Source of the DNA: a virus
IMG/VR virus record: IMGVR_UViG_3300045988_042358
Location: 1-59,894 of that record
Direction: 5' to 3' (one strand)
Length of the DNA: 59,894 nucleotides
The notes under the pieces: model-generated
What the model was told of the DNA's origin: nothing
The model's input: only the letters and a program-made list of their open reading frames with translations
The model's database searches: none
Translations under genes and position numbers: made by a program
Shown here: positions 47,104 to 54,573 of the stretch, piece by piece
Position numbering within the stretch: position 1 is the first letter of the stretch
Layout of the letters: each line of letters opens with the position of its first letter

Positions 47104-47409
47104 TTATCGCCCCTTAAAGCAATCTCTCAATTTCTTTTCGACATTTTTTCTAAGCCATTCTGGAATTGAATCATCTTTGCTTATACATGGTGTCTTTGTT
47201 AAATAGCCACCGGATATGTCACCGCAAAATTTCTGTGATAGTGCTACTCTCAATGCTTGTCTGTCTGCCTCGTTATCTGCCTCAATAACAGGTTCATCTT
47301 CTAAAGTGGAACAATCTATAGACTCACCATTTCTACCGCCTATTTCGCGCGATTGTGCTTCTCTAAACGTTTCACGCTCTATTGATTTAATTACTTCTGC
47401 CATGCTCAT
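47104..47409 (-). CDS. hypothetical protein
   Basis: Start at MSMAEV after AAGGTG. Confidence 0.4.
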   Translation of the reverse strand: MSMAEVIKSIERETFREAQSREIGGRNGESIDCSTLEDEPVIEADNEADRQALRVALSQKFCGDISGGYLTKTPCISKDDSIPEWLRKNVEKKLRDCFKGR

Positions 47410-47620
47410 TGTAATACACCTTAAATCCTTTCGTTGCATAATCAGAAACAGCCTTTTTCAGCTCCTCATTAGTGGAATAGGTCTCCTTCAAAAGAATAGC
47501 CATGCCTTTTTTGCTGACCGCATAAATCCCAAATGGAACCTGTTTACTTGCAACATATAAAACAGCTTTTAATTGTTCTGCCTTCATTTCATATACGCTA
47601 TTTCCGACTATCAGTTTCAT
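47387..47620 (-). CDS. hypothetical protein
   Basis: 77-aa ORF in the operon. Confidence 0.4.
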   Translation of the reverse strand: MKLIVGNSVYEMKAEQLKAVLYVASKQVPFGIYAVSKKGMAILLKETYSTNEELKKAVSDYATKGFKVYYNEHGRSN

Positions 47621-47777
47621 TTCTCATAAACTCCTCAAATTCTTCCATGCACTCATTACATAAGTCGTATGTTATATTTAATATGCCGTTTCTCGTGATT
47701 GAGTTTGTAGCCAACAGCCCTACTTTTATCTCTTTTCCGCATCTATCACAAGTGCACCATTTTCTTTCATGCTCCAT
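47598..47777 (-). CDS. zinc-ribbon protein, paralog of 47767..48009 (59 aa, below the ORF-track cutoff)
   Basis: MEHERKWCTCDRCGKEI...YDLCNECMEEFEEFM aligns with KEWHTCDRCGKEI...YDLCPKCRKEFKRFM of the upstream gene. AAGAGG RBS. Confidence 0.5.
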   Translation of the reverse strand: MEHERKWCTCDRCGKEIKVGLLATNSITRNGILNITYDLCNECMEEFEEFMRNETDSRK

Positions 47778-48009
47778 TTTTCATAAACCTCTTGAACTCT
47801 TTCCTACACTTAGGACATAAATCGTATTGCATATCATCTCTCCATATAGCCATTGGAAACACTTCCTTTGCTAAATCTTCGGCTGTACATATGCTTTTTT
47901 CGTAAAGAGGTTTTATCTCTCTCGTTTTGATATATGCATATTTTTCATCGTATCGTATTATTTCTTTTCCGCACCTGTCGCAAGTGTGCCATTCTTTTTG
48001 ATGTTTCAT
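47767..48009 (-). CDS. zinc-ribbon protein
   Basis: Start at MKHQKEW after GGTGGAAG. CDRCG...CPKC. Confidence 0.5.
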   Translation of the reverse strand: MKHQKEWHTCDRCGKEIIRYDEKYAYIKTREIKPLYEKSICTAEDLAKEVFPMAIWRDDMQYDLCPKCRKEFKRFMKNGA

Positions 48010-48023
48010 TCTTCCACCGCCTT

Positions 48024-48371
48024 TTAAACCAACCCTAGCATACATAAAATATCAAGCCCCGATATTCTCTCCGCACCCTCTCTTGTGTGCATAAGAATTT
48101 CTTTAAGTCTTTCATTTTCTGCATTGCTATATTTATTTCTATCACACATTCTCGAAAAACAATAATATTTGCAATATCCATAGCCTACACCAAGCATGTT
48201 CCCATGAATACTCTTTCCGACAATATCGTAATATTTTGGCACTATTAAAATATTGTGTTTTTCATCTAGGGTACATTCCCTTTGCTCTGCTTTTAGCTTT
48301 GATTGAAGATATTTCAGAAAGCTTCGTATATCCTGTTCTGATTTTGAAATATATAAAATAGTTTCTTTCAT
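48024..48371 (-). CDS. hypothetical protein
   Basis: 115-aa ORF in the operon. Confidence 0.45.
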   Translation of the reverse strand: MKETILYISKSEQDIRSFLKYLQSKLKAEQRECTLDEKHNILIVPKYYDIVGKSIHGNMLGVGYGYCKYYCFSRMCDRNKYSNAENERLKEILMHTREGAERISGLDILCMLGLV

Positions 48372-48595
48372 TCTTCCACCAACTTTCTACCGCAGATAGG
48401 GCAAAATTTTATATCTTCGATTTCAATTCCAGCCATAAAGGGGTCGCTACATCCTACGAATAAATGAAATGCATTTTCAAATTCAACAATTTGTGTTTCA
48501 TTTTTTTCGGGATAATATCCGCCTTTAAAAGCTCCTTGCTTGATTTTTTCCAATTTTCCTATTTTGCAACAAAATTCACACATATTACACCTCAA
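48368..48595 (-). CDS. hypothetical zinc-ribbon protein
   Basis: CNMCEFC...CPICG. Confidence 0.45.
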   Translation of the reverse strand: MRCNMCEFCCKIGKLEKIKQGAFKGGYYPEKNETQIVEFENAFHLFVGCSDPFMAGIEIEDIKFCPICGRKLVEE

Positions 48596-48860
48596 TCAGA
48601 GTAAATTTTCGTTTTTTAACAATTTTGTCTCCATGAAGCATTCCGTCTATGTCTCTGCCACACCCCATATTGATTGTGTCTACATCATATTTGCCTAAAT
48701 ACACTTGATATTCTTTTCCGGCAATAGAAATAGTTCCAAGTGGATTTTTGTTTTCAAAACTTGCATTAAAGCCACTGTAGTCATAAGGTGTACCGCAATA
48801 AGGGCATTTATTAAGTTTTCTGTTAATGGGTGCGCCACAATTTACACAATTTGTGTTCAT
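48585..48860 (-). CDS. hypothetical zinc-ribbon protein
   Basis: CVNCG...CPYCG. Confidence 0.45.
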   Translation of the reverse strand: MNTNCVNCGAPINRKLNKCPYCGTPYDYSGFNASFENKNPLGTISIAGKEYQVYLGKYDVDTINMGCGRDIDGMLHGDKIVKKRKFTLIEV

Positions 48861-48863
48861 TGG

Positions 48864-49058
48864 TTATTCTTCCTTTGCCTTAAACAGTGTGTCAGGAAAT
48901 GGAATACCTAAAAAATGCATATTTGCGTACTTTCTAAATGTCGGTCTGCTCATGCCAGCCATTTTTGCAGCTTTCGATTGCGAACATCTGCCGCATGCGT
49001 ATTCTGTCAATGCCTCTTGGAATGAATCAATATTTCGTGTCTTAACTCCTTTTGCCAT
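48864..49058 (-). CDS. small HTH DNA-binding protein
   Basis: CSQSKAAKMAGMSRPTFRKYANM. Confidence 0.5.
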   Translation of the reverse strand: MAKGVKTRNIDSFQEALTEYACGRCSQSKAAKMAGMSRPTFRKYANMHFLGIPFPDTLFKAKEE

Positions 49059-49072
49059 ATTTATACCTCCGT

Positions 49073-50125
49073 TTAATATTCAATAATGCCTTGCGCCAAC
49101 TGTAGCAGATAGTCACTTTTAGCAAAATGTGTTATCGAGTAATTAGTCTCTTTCCTATGTGTTCGTCTGAAATGCTCGTTAACCATTCTATCAAGCCCTG
49201 TAAGCCCTGTTTCGTCTGTTAGGTAAACATCTGTCCACTCAAAGTGATTATGTTCTGTATCGGTCACATTAGAAAGCGACAGGCATACATTAGTCAGAGT
49301 CTTATCGGTCAAGATTGGGTGAACCTTGCAAAAACCTGTCTCATACATACTCATGTATTTGCGAAATGTTCTTTTGACAGCTACCCTAATTGTCTTGTTC
49401 TCGATATTATCATCGCAGATTGCAAAAAACCTACAGACCATATCATCTTTCTTTGCTTGCATATCCTGTCGGGTGACTCTTGCCGTCTGTTCTTCGGGAA
49501 CAGATGTATGTACCTCTCCATCAATGTTAGTTGATGTATGTACCTTATCAGTAATCCCTGTTTCGTAATTATTGTTAAAGTAATCATTGTTAGTAATCCC
49601 TGTTAAAAGAGTTGCATCTTGTGGCATTCCCGAATTACACTTTGTGTTATTCCCTTGGGAATTACATTTTGTGTCATTCCCGTCTGCCTGTTTATGTAAC
49701 TCCTGTCCTTTATCTTCTGCTATAACCTCTTGTCTGATATTTTCTTCCCATTTTTTAACTTCTGCGTTGATAACATCATAATTAGGTCGTATATGTATAG
49801 TCGGCATTGAGTTAAATTTGTATTTTGCTGTAATTACAAATTTCTTTTTCACCAACGATTTAATTGCTTTATCATACTGTCTTTCAGTAATCCGTATTTC
49901 TTCCCACCAGTCTTTTCTTTGCTTTGCAATCCAATATTCGCCGTCCTTGTATATCTTAACTTTGCTCTTATTGTCTTTATTTGGCGCAAACCAATATAAA
50001 ATCCTTGATAAAAGTGTTCCCTCTATCAAGTCACCTGTTATGTCAATGTATTTATGGAATGTGTGATTGCACCTTGCTGATGATAAGAAATTAACTTTTG
50101 TTTGGATTTCGCTTTCTGATAGCAT
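49073..50125 (-). CDS. putative winged-helix DNA-binding/replication-initiator-like protein with internal DNA repeats
   Basis: Start at MLSESEI. GTLLSRILYWFAPNK...YWIAKQRKDWWEEIRITERQYDKAIKSLVKKKFV. Direct repeats lie within the gene. Confidence 0.35.
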   Translation of the reverse strand: MLSESEIQTKVNFLSSARCNHTFHKYIDITGDLIEGTLLSRILYWFAPNKDNKSKVKIYKDGEYWIAKQRKDWWEEIRITERQYDKAIKSLVKKKFVITAKYKFNSMPTIHIRPNYDVINAEVKKWEENIRQEVIAEDKGQELHKQADGNDTKCNSQGNNTKCNSGMPQDATLLTGITNNDYFNNNYETGITDKVHTSTNIDGEVHTSVPEEQTARVTRQDMQAKKDDMVCRFFAICDDNIENKTIRVAVKRTFRKYMSMYETGFCKVHPILTDKTLTNVCLSLSNVTDTEHNHFEWTDVYLTDETGLTGLDRMVNEHFRRTHRKETNYSITHFAKSDYLLQLAQGIIEY

Positions 50126-50429
50126 ATTTATTACCTGCCTTTCCGATAATAGCCTTATTAACAAAACAACAAACAGGCACTAAGGCTTGTGCTTTTCGGT
50201 AGCTAACCTAGTTTGTTGTAATTGATGTGGTGTGGATTTGAACCACACATGAAATTCCGTTAGTTAGTCTGCACCTACGAATAGGGAAAAATGGATTTTT
50301 ATTTTCTAACGGATTTATTGGTGTAATTGCTTACAGCTTTTTACCATACTTGTTAATAGCAATTCTTATCGCACACCGTTTTCTTAACCATTGATTAACG
50401 TTTACCCATTCCGTCACACATCAACAATC

Positions 50430-50499
50430 GGCAAGGTTGGGAATCGAACCCACGACAAATCAGCTAATAGCTGACTGCTCTACCACTGAGCTACATGCC
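50430..50499 (-). tRNA. tRNA-like element or degenerate tRNA (Asn-like body, AUU at the anticodon position)
   Basis: Canonical D arm GCUCAGUGGUAGAGC and T loop GGGUUCGAUUCCC. Against a functional tRNA: two mismatches in the acceptor stem, one in the T stem, and a palindromic anticodon arm. Confidence 0.4.
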
Positions 50500-50850
50500 A
50501 ATAATGAGGGTGAAGTCTAAGGAGTGGCAACACCCTCCGGAGATATAAATTTGTATGTGCTGTAGGAAGAAAAGAACTAACGAAACCTACAGCAAAGGAC
50601 ATGTGAGGGATTGCACCTCACCTAAGACTCATATGATTTGAGTTGCCCTAGTTTAACAATTAAAGGGGGTATATATGTCTACACTGCCTGTTACAGATGT
50701 CTTTACGACAGGTTGGTTTTCACGCTCGTGCATTGTGGGATTAGACACGATTAAACCCTCACGAGCCTTGTGACGGCTCTTAACAGCTTTCCACTATGAG
50801 GTCGAAAGGAACTACTAAGTCCAATGTCGGGGAACCAAGTAAACCCCGAA
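50500..50850 (-). ncRNA. ORF-free, highly structured spacer between the two tRNA-type elements (candidate large ncRNA)
   Basis: Multiple 6-8-bp helices: UCGGGG/CCCCGA, CUCGUG/CACGAG, GUGAGG/CCUCAC, CUGUAGG/CCUACAG, GAGGGUG/CACCCUC. No minus-strand ORF with an RBS. Confidence 0.4.
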
Positions 50851-50922
50851 CAGGGCATGCTGGATTTGAACCAACGAATGCGGGAATCAAAATCCCGTGC
50901 CTTACCGCTTGGCGAATGCCCT
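50851..50922 (-). tRNA. tRNA-Gln (anticodon UUG)
   Basis: A 72-nt cloverleaf folded by hand: acceptor AGGGCAU/AUGCCCU, D arm GCCAAGCGGUAAGGC, anticodon arm CGGGA-UUUUGAU-UCCCG, T arm GUUGG-UUCAAAU-CCAGC, discriminator G. Confidence 0.9.
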
Positions 50923-50924
50923 AT

Positions 50925-51083
50925 TTATTGCCACATAAAAGCTATGGCAAGTATCTGACTGAGCATTACCGCAATGCCAAGAAATCTTGTACTGACTGTC
51001 ACTTTTTCGTTTAATGTGGCATTTACCATTCCAAAAGCAATTAATGCCAGCCATACTGTTGTTGCAATTTTTAATACAAACAT
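50925..51083 (-). CDS. hypothetical small two-helix membrane protein (52 aa, below the ORF-track cutoff)
   Basis: ATG 51083 follows GAGGTG. MFVLKIATTVWLALIAFGMV...FLGIAVMLSQILAIAFMWQ. The stop lies 3 nt before tRNA-Gln. Confidence 0.45.
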   Translation of the reverse strand: MFVLKIATTVWLALIAFGMVNATLNEKVTVSTRFLGIAVMLSQILAIAFMWQ

Positions 51084-51100
51084 GATTTACACCTCAAAAT

Positions 51101-51550
51101 CTAATTATCCTTAAAGCCCTCTATCAGCGACTCGGTTATGGTAGCCAAGACTAGAAACACTACCGAGATAAGCAATCCGTGTTCGTCAGATAAGAGTACC
51201 GCACGAATTGTGCAAAGCATCATCAGCCACAGGAAAACATTTTTAATCAACACTGGAAGTTCCTTGTCCACGAATTTTCCAAACACTTTCCATCTGCGCC
51301 TAGATTTAAGCTCGTGAGCCTTAACTGTGTACCATATAGCTTTGTGCATATCCTCAACTGCAGGTCCTTTATGCCCGGCACGATACTTATACTTGTATGC
51401 AGTAATCTCACACCATTTAGCCACATCTTTAAGTCCGTAGATGTCAATCATCTCATCAATGCACTCTTTACGATTAGGCAAATTATAGTGGCTAGGGTGA
51501 TTTACCATTTCGGAATTAATTTTGCTAGACTCAAATCCTGTTAATTTCAT
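51101..51550 (-). CDS. DUF3310-family phage protein with a C-terminal membrane segment
   Basis: VNHPSHYN...ECIDEMIDIYG...ITAYKYKYRAGHKG..EDMHKAIWY, then hydrophobic helices. Confidence 0.65.
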   Translation of the reverse strand: MKLTGFESSKINSEMVNHPSHYNLPNRKECIDEMIDIYGLKDVAKWCEITAYKYKYRAGHKGPAVEDMHKAIWYTVKAHELKSRRRWKVFGKFVDKELPVLIKNVFLWLMMLCTIRAVLLSDEHGLLISVVFLVLATITESLIEGFKDN

Positions 51551-51820
51551 CTCTGTTAGCTCCTTTACTGTTATATATAATATATAACTAATATTTAATC
51601 ATAGTTGTATGTATATATATTATTATTGTGTATGTTGTTTAATTAATATATAACTTATGTTATAATAATAAATACTGCTTGGTGCGGTTAAGGTATGGGT
51701 AAAGGCCTTTTTGTTTTGGCGGATATTTTGGGGGCTAAGTGGGGCGGTTTGTCGCTTTTCATATACACCCCCAGGGCACCCAATATGTGCATTGCTCGGC
51801 TCTCAAACATCAAGCATTTT

Positions 51821-51847
51821 AAATTGTATCTATTGCATGTACAATTT
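51821..51847. promoter_or_regulatory. 27-bp palindromic element, copy 1 (AAATTGTA-N11-TACAATTT)
   Basis: Read directly. A near-identical copy lies at 51941..51965. Confidence 0.5.
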
Positions 51848-51940
51848 AATTCTATGCTTTCAACTCTTCGCTAAACAACTGTTTTGTGCATAGTTGCAAT
51901 AATTTGATAGTCCTCAAAGCCTTGTAACTCAAGGGTTCAG

Positions 51941-51965
51941 AATTGTATCAATTGCACATACAATT
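51941..51965. promoter_or_regulatory. palindromic element, copy 2 (AATTGTAT-N9-ATACAATT)
   Basis: Read directly. Overlaps the stop codon of the TerS-like gene. Confidence 0.5.
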
Positions 51966-52626
51966 ACTTGGCATTATCAACCATGTTATTGCCTGATAGT
52001 GCTTTAATATTCTGACTATTTACATCGCCCAATTGTGGCAGTTCATTGGCTGTTAGCGCTCGTGCTTGTGTAGCCTCGTAGCCAATTCCCGGCTGATTCA
52101 TACCAAATTCATTGTTGCCAACGAACATAGCACCGACAGGGGATTTATTGTCGTATGCTCTATCCTTGATACAATCTTTACGGATTCCTTGCAATTTTTG
52201 CCAAATCTCATAACTTTTAGGGCTTGACTCTTTGTTTAATCTCCAATTATCTATTACACCACAATCTATATTACACCAATTACTAAATGCTACAGTACTA
52301 CATAGTTTATTATATTTATCACTAATATATATATATTCATCACATATATTATTTAATATATTATAATTATATCTGTTATAGTTAGTTAACATACATGTAT
52401 TGTCATATAACTGTTTATCCTTTAAAATACTATTGTCATTGAATATAATTTCACCGACTCTTTTACAAACAGCCTTCCAAGGCCTTTGGCCTTCGCTTTT
52501 CAAATCGTCAATTTGTAATTCCTGACAAGCCTGAACTATAGCCCTCTCGAAATCCTCTCGATAGAGCTGAAAAGTGCCAAAATCGGCAATTAAATGTTTA
52601 GTTATATTTCCTTTAATTTTTTCCAT
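51964..52626 (-). CDS. putative terminase small subunit-like protein
   Basis: 220 aa. The C-terminal KSPVGAMFVGNNEFGMNQPG resembles the TerS 'g.iF.lKN.fG' tail. An HTH-like mid region is suspected. Weak assignment; the gene lies 8 kb upstream of terL. Confidence 0.4.
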   Translation of the reverse strand: MEKIKGNITKHLIADFGTFQLYREDFERAIVQACQELQIDDLKSEGQRPWKAVCKRVGEIIFNDNSILKDKQLYDNTCMLTNYNRYNYNILNNICDEYIYISDKYNKLCSTVAFSNWCNIDCGVIDNWRLNKESSPKSYEIWQKLQGIRKDCIKDRAYDNKSPVGAMFVGNNEFGMNQPGIGYEATQARALTANELPQLGDVNSQNIKALSGNNMVDNAK

Positions 52627-52728
52627 TTTAGCACCTCAAAATCATAAAATAAAAAAGCCCGCACCGCTTGGAGTAATTCCAAACGATACAGGCAACCGGC
52701 ATCCGCTTATTGATTTAATTAAAATAAT

Positions 52729-52757
52729 AATAATCAAATATACTTATTTTGTCAATA
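52729..52757 (-). promoter_or_regulatory. putative promoter (TTGACA-17-TATTAT) upstream of the TerS-like gene
   Basis: Hexamers read on the minus strand, within an extremely AT-rich spacer. Confidence 0.4.
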
Positions 52758-53006
52758 TACTGATTATTGGATATATAATAACAACTGTATTGATTAATAT
52801 ATACCACATCACACACATATATTATATTATATAAAAATAAAAAGCCAGCCATAAAAACCGACTTAAAAAGCACTTGCTATTGTGCCAAACTGTAGTAAAA
52901 TAAAAATGTCTTTACAGGCGGATGGGCTTGTAAAAGGCGCTGTTTACCAATTCCGAACAGCCACGGATTGAAAAAATAATATTTTAAATAATGCTTTTCG
53001 AGCATT

Positions 53007-53032
53007 AAAAAAGAGGGGCTTTAATCCCCTCT
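53007..53032 (-). terminator. intrinsic (bidirectional-type) terminator
   Basis: AGAGGGG-7 nt-CCCCTCT, flanked by an A-run and a T-run. A second hairpin AATGCT-CGAAA-AGCATT is adjacent. Confidence 0.75.
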
Positions 53033-53320
53033 TTTGTCGTTTTTACCGGCTCCATAGCATTTATAAAATGCTTCCGTTAAAGCTCCCAATTGTTCCGGTG
53101 TTAGCTCCTCTTTAAGCTCGTCCGGTATCCACTCATAAGAGTTGTTGAAGCTGTCGGTACAAGTACCAATTGTACAAGCCTCTTTAACTTTTTGCAACTT
53201 GTACATTTCTCCGAGTTCTTCCGTTGTGATTTCTCCATCTCTTACTGCTTTGCGTCCTTCTCTCGTTAAAATTTCCATAGCTTTTTCTTTGCTGATTATT
53301 CCGATTCCTTTAATCCTCAT
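53021..53320 (-). CDS. hypothetical protein
   Basis: 99-aa ORF. Confidence 0.45.
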   Translation of the reverse strand: MRIKGIGIISKEKAMEILTREGRKAVRDGEITTEELGEMYKLQKVKEACTIGTCTDSFNNSYEWIPDELKEELTPEQLGALTEAFYKCYGAGKNDKRGD

Positions 53321-53332
53321 ATTTGCACCCCC

Positions 53333-53518
53333 TTATAATACTTTGATGTGGCATTTTTCCGGAACCTCTAAAACATCCACGTATTCACAGCCGAATAGCT
53401 TTTTTGCGGTCTCTTTGTCATATGCCGGGAAATTATTGCTCTGAACCATTCCGAGGATTTCAAATCCGGTCAGTTTGCCACATTTATATGTTTTCTTAGT
53501 AATTAAAAAGTTTCTCAT
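53333..53518 (-). CDS. hypothetical protein
   Basis: 61-aa ORF with a GGAGGT RBS. Confidence 0.45.
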   Translation of the reverse strand: MRNFLITKKTYKCGKLTGFEILGMVQSNNFPAYDKETAKKLFGCEYVDVLEVPEKCHIKVL

Positions 53519-53609
53519 GTTTATACCTCCAATAAAATAAACTATTTATTTGCTACGACATAACTATAGCATTTTGCACTCTATATGTCAACACTAATTT
53601 TAGTGTTAT

Positions 53610-53837
53610 TTAAAAATATTTTATCTTTTCGTCGTCTGTTGGTACTATCTCTATTATATCGCTTGGCTGACATCTTAAAATAATACATAATGTATTTAAT
53701 GTCTTTGTATTAATATCGCTTTTATTCCTCAAATTCTGCATCGTGCTTTCACTCAATATCTTCTCTTTTCTCATTCTATTTGCGGTGTAGCCACGCTGTG
53801 CCAGCTCTTTTAATACATCTATTTTATATGTAAGCAT
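53610..53837 (-). CDS. XRE-family HTH regulator
   Basis: Start at MLTYKIDVLKELAQRGYTANRMRKEKILSESTMQNLRNKSDINTKTLNTLCIILRCQPSDII. Divergent from the plus-strand island. Confidence 0.7.
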   Translation of the reverse strand: MLTYKIDVLKELAQRGYTANRMRKEKILSESTMQNLRNKSDINTKTLNTLCIILRCQPSDIIEIVPTDDEKIKYF

Positions 53838-53935
53838 TTCGCAAGCTCCTTTCTGTTTTGTTTTTTCTATTATATATAAAATATTGCTTTTTTGCAACAC
53901 TTAAAAACAAAATCAAAAAAACATCTTAAAAGGTG

Positions 53936-53964
53936 TTGACACACACCATATAAGATGTTATTAT
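53936..53964 (+). promoter_or_regulatory. near-consensus promoter (TTGACA-17-TATTAT) for the plus-strand island
   Basis: Hexamers read directly, about 100 nt upstream of 54068. Confidence 0.5.
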
Positions 53965-54067
53965 TAAGCTACAAAATAAATAAGGCGGTTGACATCCTAC
54001 CAAGACAAGCAACCGCCACCAATCAAAAAAAAGAAAGGTAGCTATATTATAGCACAGGTAAAAAGAA

Positions 54068-54484
54068 ATGAGAAGAACAAACAGTAAAGAAACAATGGAA
54101 GCAATTAAGAAAGCAATTATTGAGAGCTACGAAGCAGCTGAAGAGTATTACACATATGACGGCAAGGAAGCAAAAACAGATTATAACGATATTTGCAAGG
54201 ACATTTTGACAGCTTTTGAAAATGAAAAGGTTAAAAACGATTGTCAATATAGAGCCGGAAGAATTAGCAAATATTCTTTATTTTGCGACTGGATGGCAGG
54301 ACTTCCTACAGCTTTTCCTATTTCTGATGATATTTTCCTTGGCTCTGCTGTTGATTGGCTTGCTGATATTTTAAACGAGACAGAAGAGGAAAAAGGCAGA
54401 TATACAGAGGATAAGGCAGAAGCAACAGCGTGTAATCTGCTTTATAGAGAACTTACAAAACACGCTGAAAAAGCAAATAATTAA
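54068..54484 (+). CDS. hypothetical protein (moron island)
   Basis: 138-aa plus-strand ORF after the promoter. No motif recognised. Confidence 0.5.
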   Translation: MRRTNSKETMEAIKKAIIESYEAAEEYYTYDGKEAKTDYNDICKDILTAFENEKVKNDCQYRAGRISKYSLFCDWMAGLPTAFPISDDIFLGSAVDWLADILNETEEEKGRYTEDKAEATACNLLYRELTKHAEKANN

Positions 54485-54489
54485 AAATT

Positions 54490-54535
54490 AGCAAGGTCGG
54501 CGCTTCCGGGGTTCGATTCCCCGGCTTGCTTTTAC
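54490..54535 (+). terminator. tRNA acceptor/T-arm-like minihelix followed by a U-run (terminator mimic 1)
   Basis: AGCAAG-10 nt-CCGGGG-TTCGATT-CCCCGG-CTTGCT-TTTTA. Confidence 0.55.
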
Positions 54536-54573
54536 CTCATAAGAGGATAATAAAATTGAAAGGTGGTATTTAT

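Noticed and set aside
50223-50423. A third tRNA gene with a long insert (T arm at 50232..50250, acceptor-like pairing UGAUGUG/CACAUCA).
   Set aside because: I could not build a D arm, an anticodon arm or a plausible intron from the intervening ~130 nt. It is kept only as a structural feature of the large ORF-free block.
50796-51014. A 72-aa plus-strand ORF.
   Set aside because: It runs straight across the tRNA-Gln gene and the 52-aa membrane gene on the opposite strand. It has no RBS.
51690-51760. A G-rich stretch (gggtaaagg...ttgggggctaagtggggcgg) as a G-quadruplex.
   Set aside because: There are only three runs of three or more G within a reasonable distance, so the standard four-run criterion is not met.
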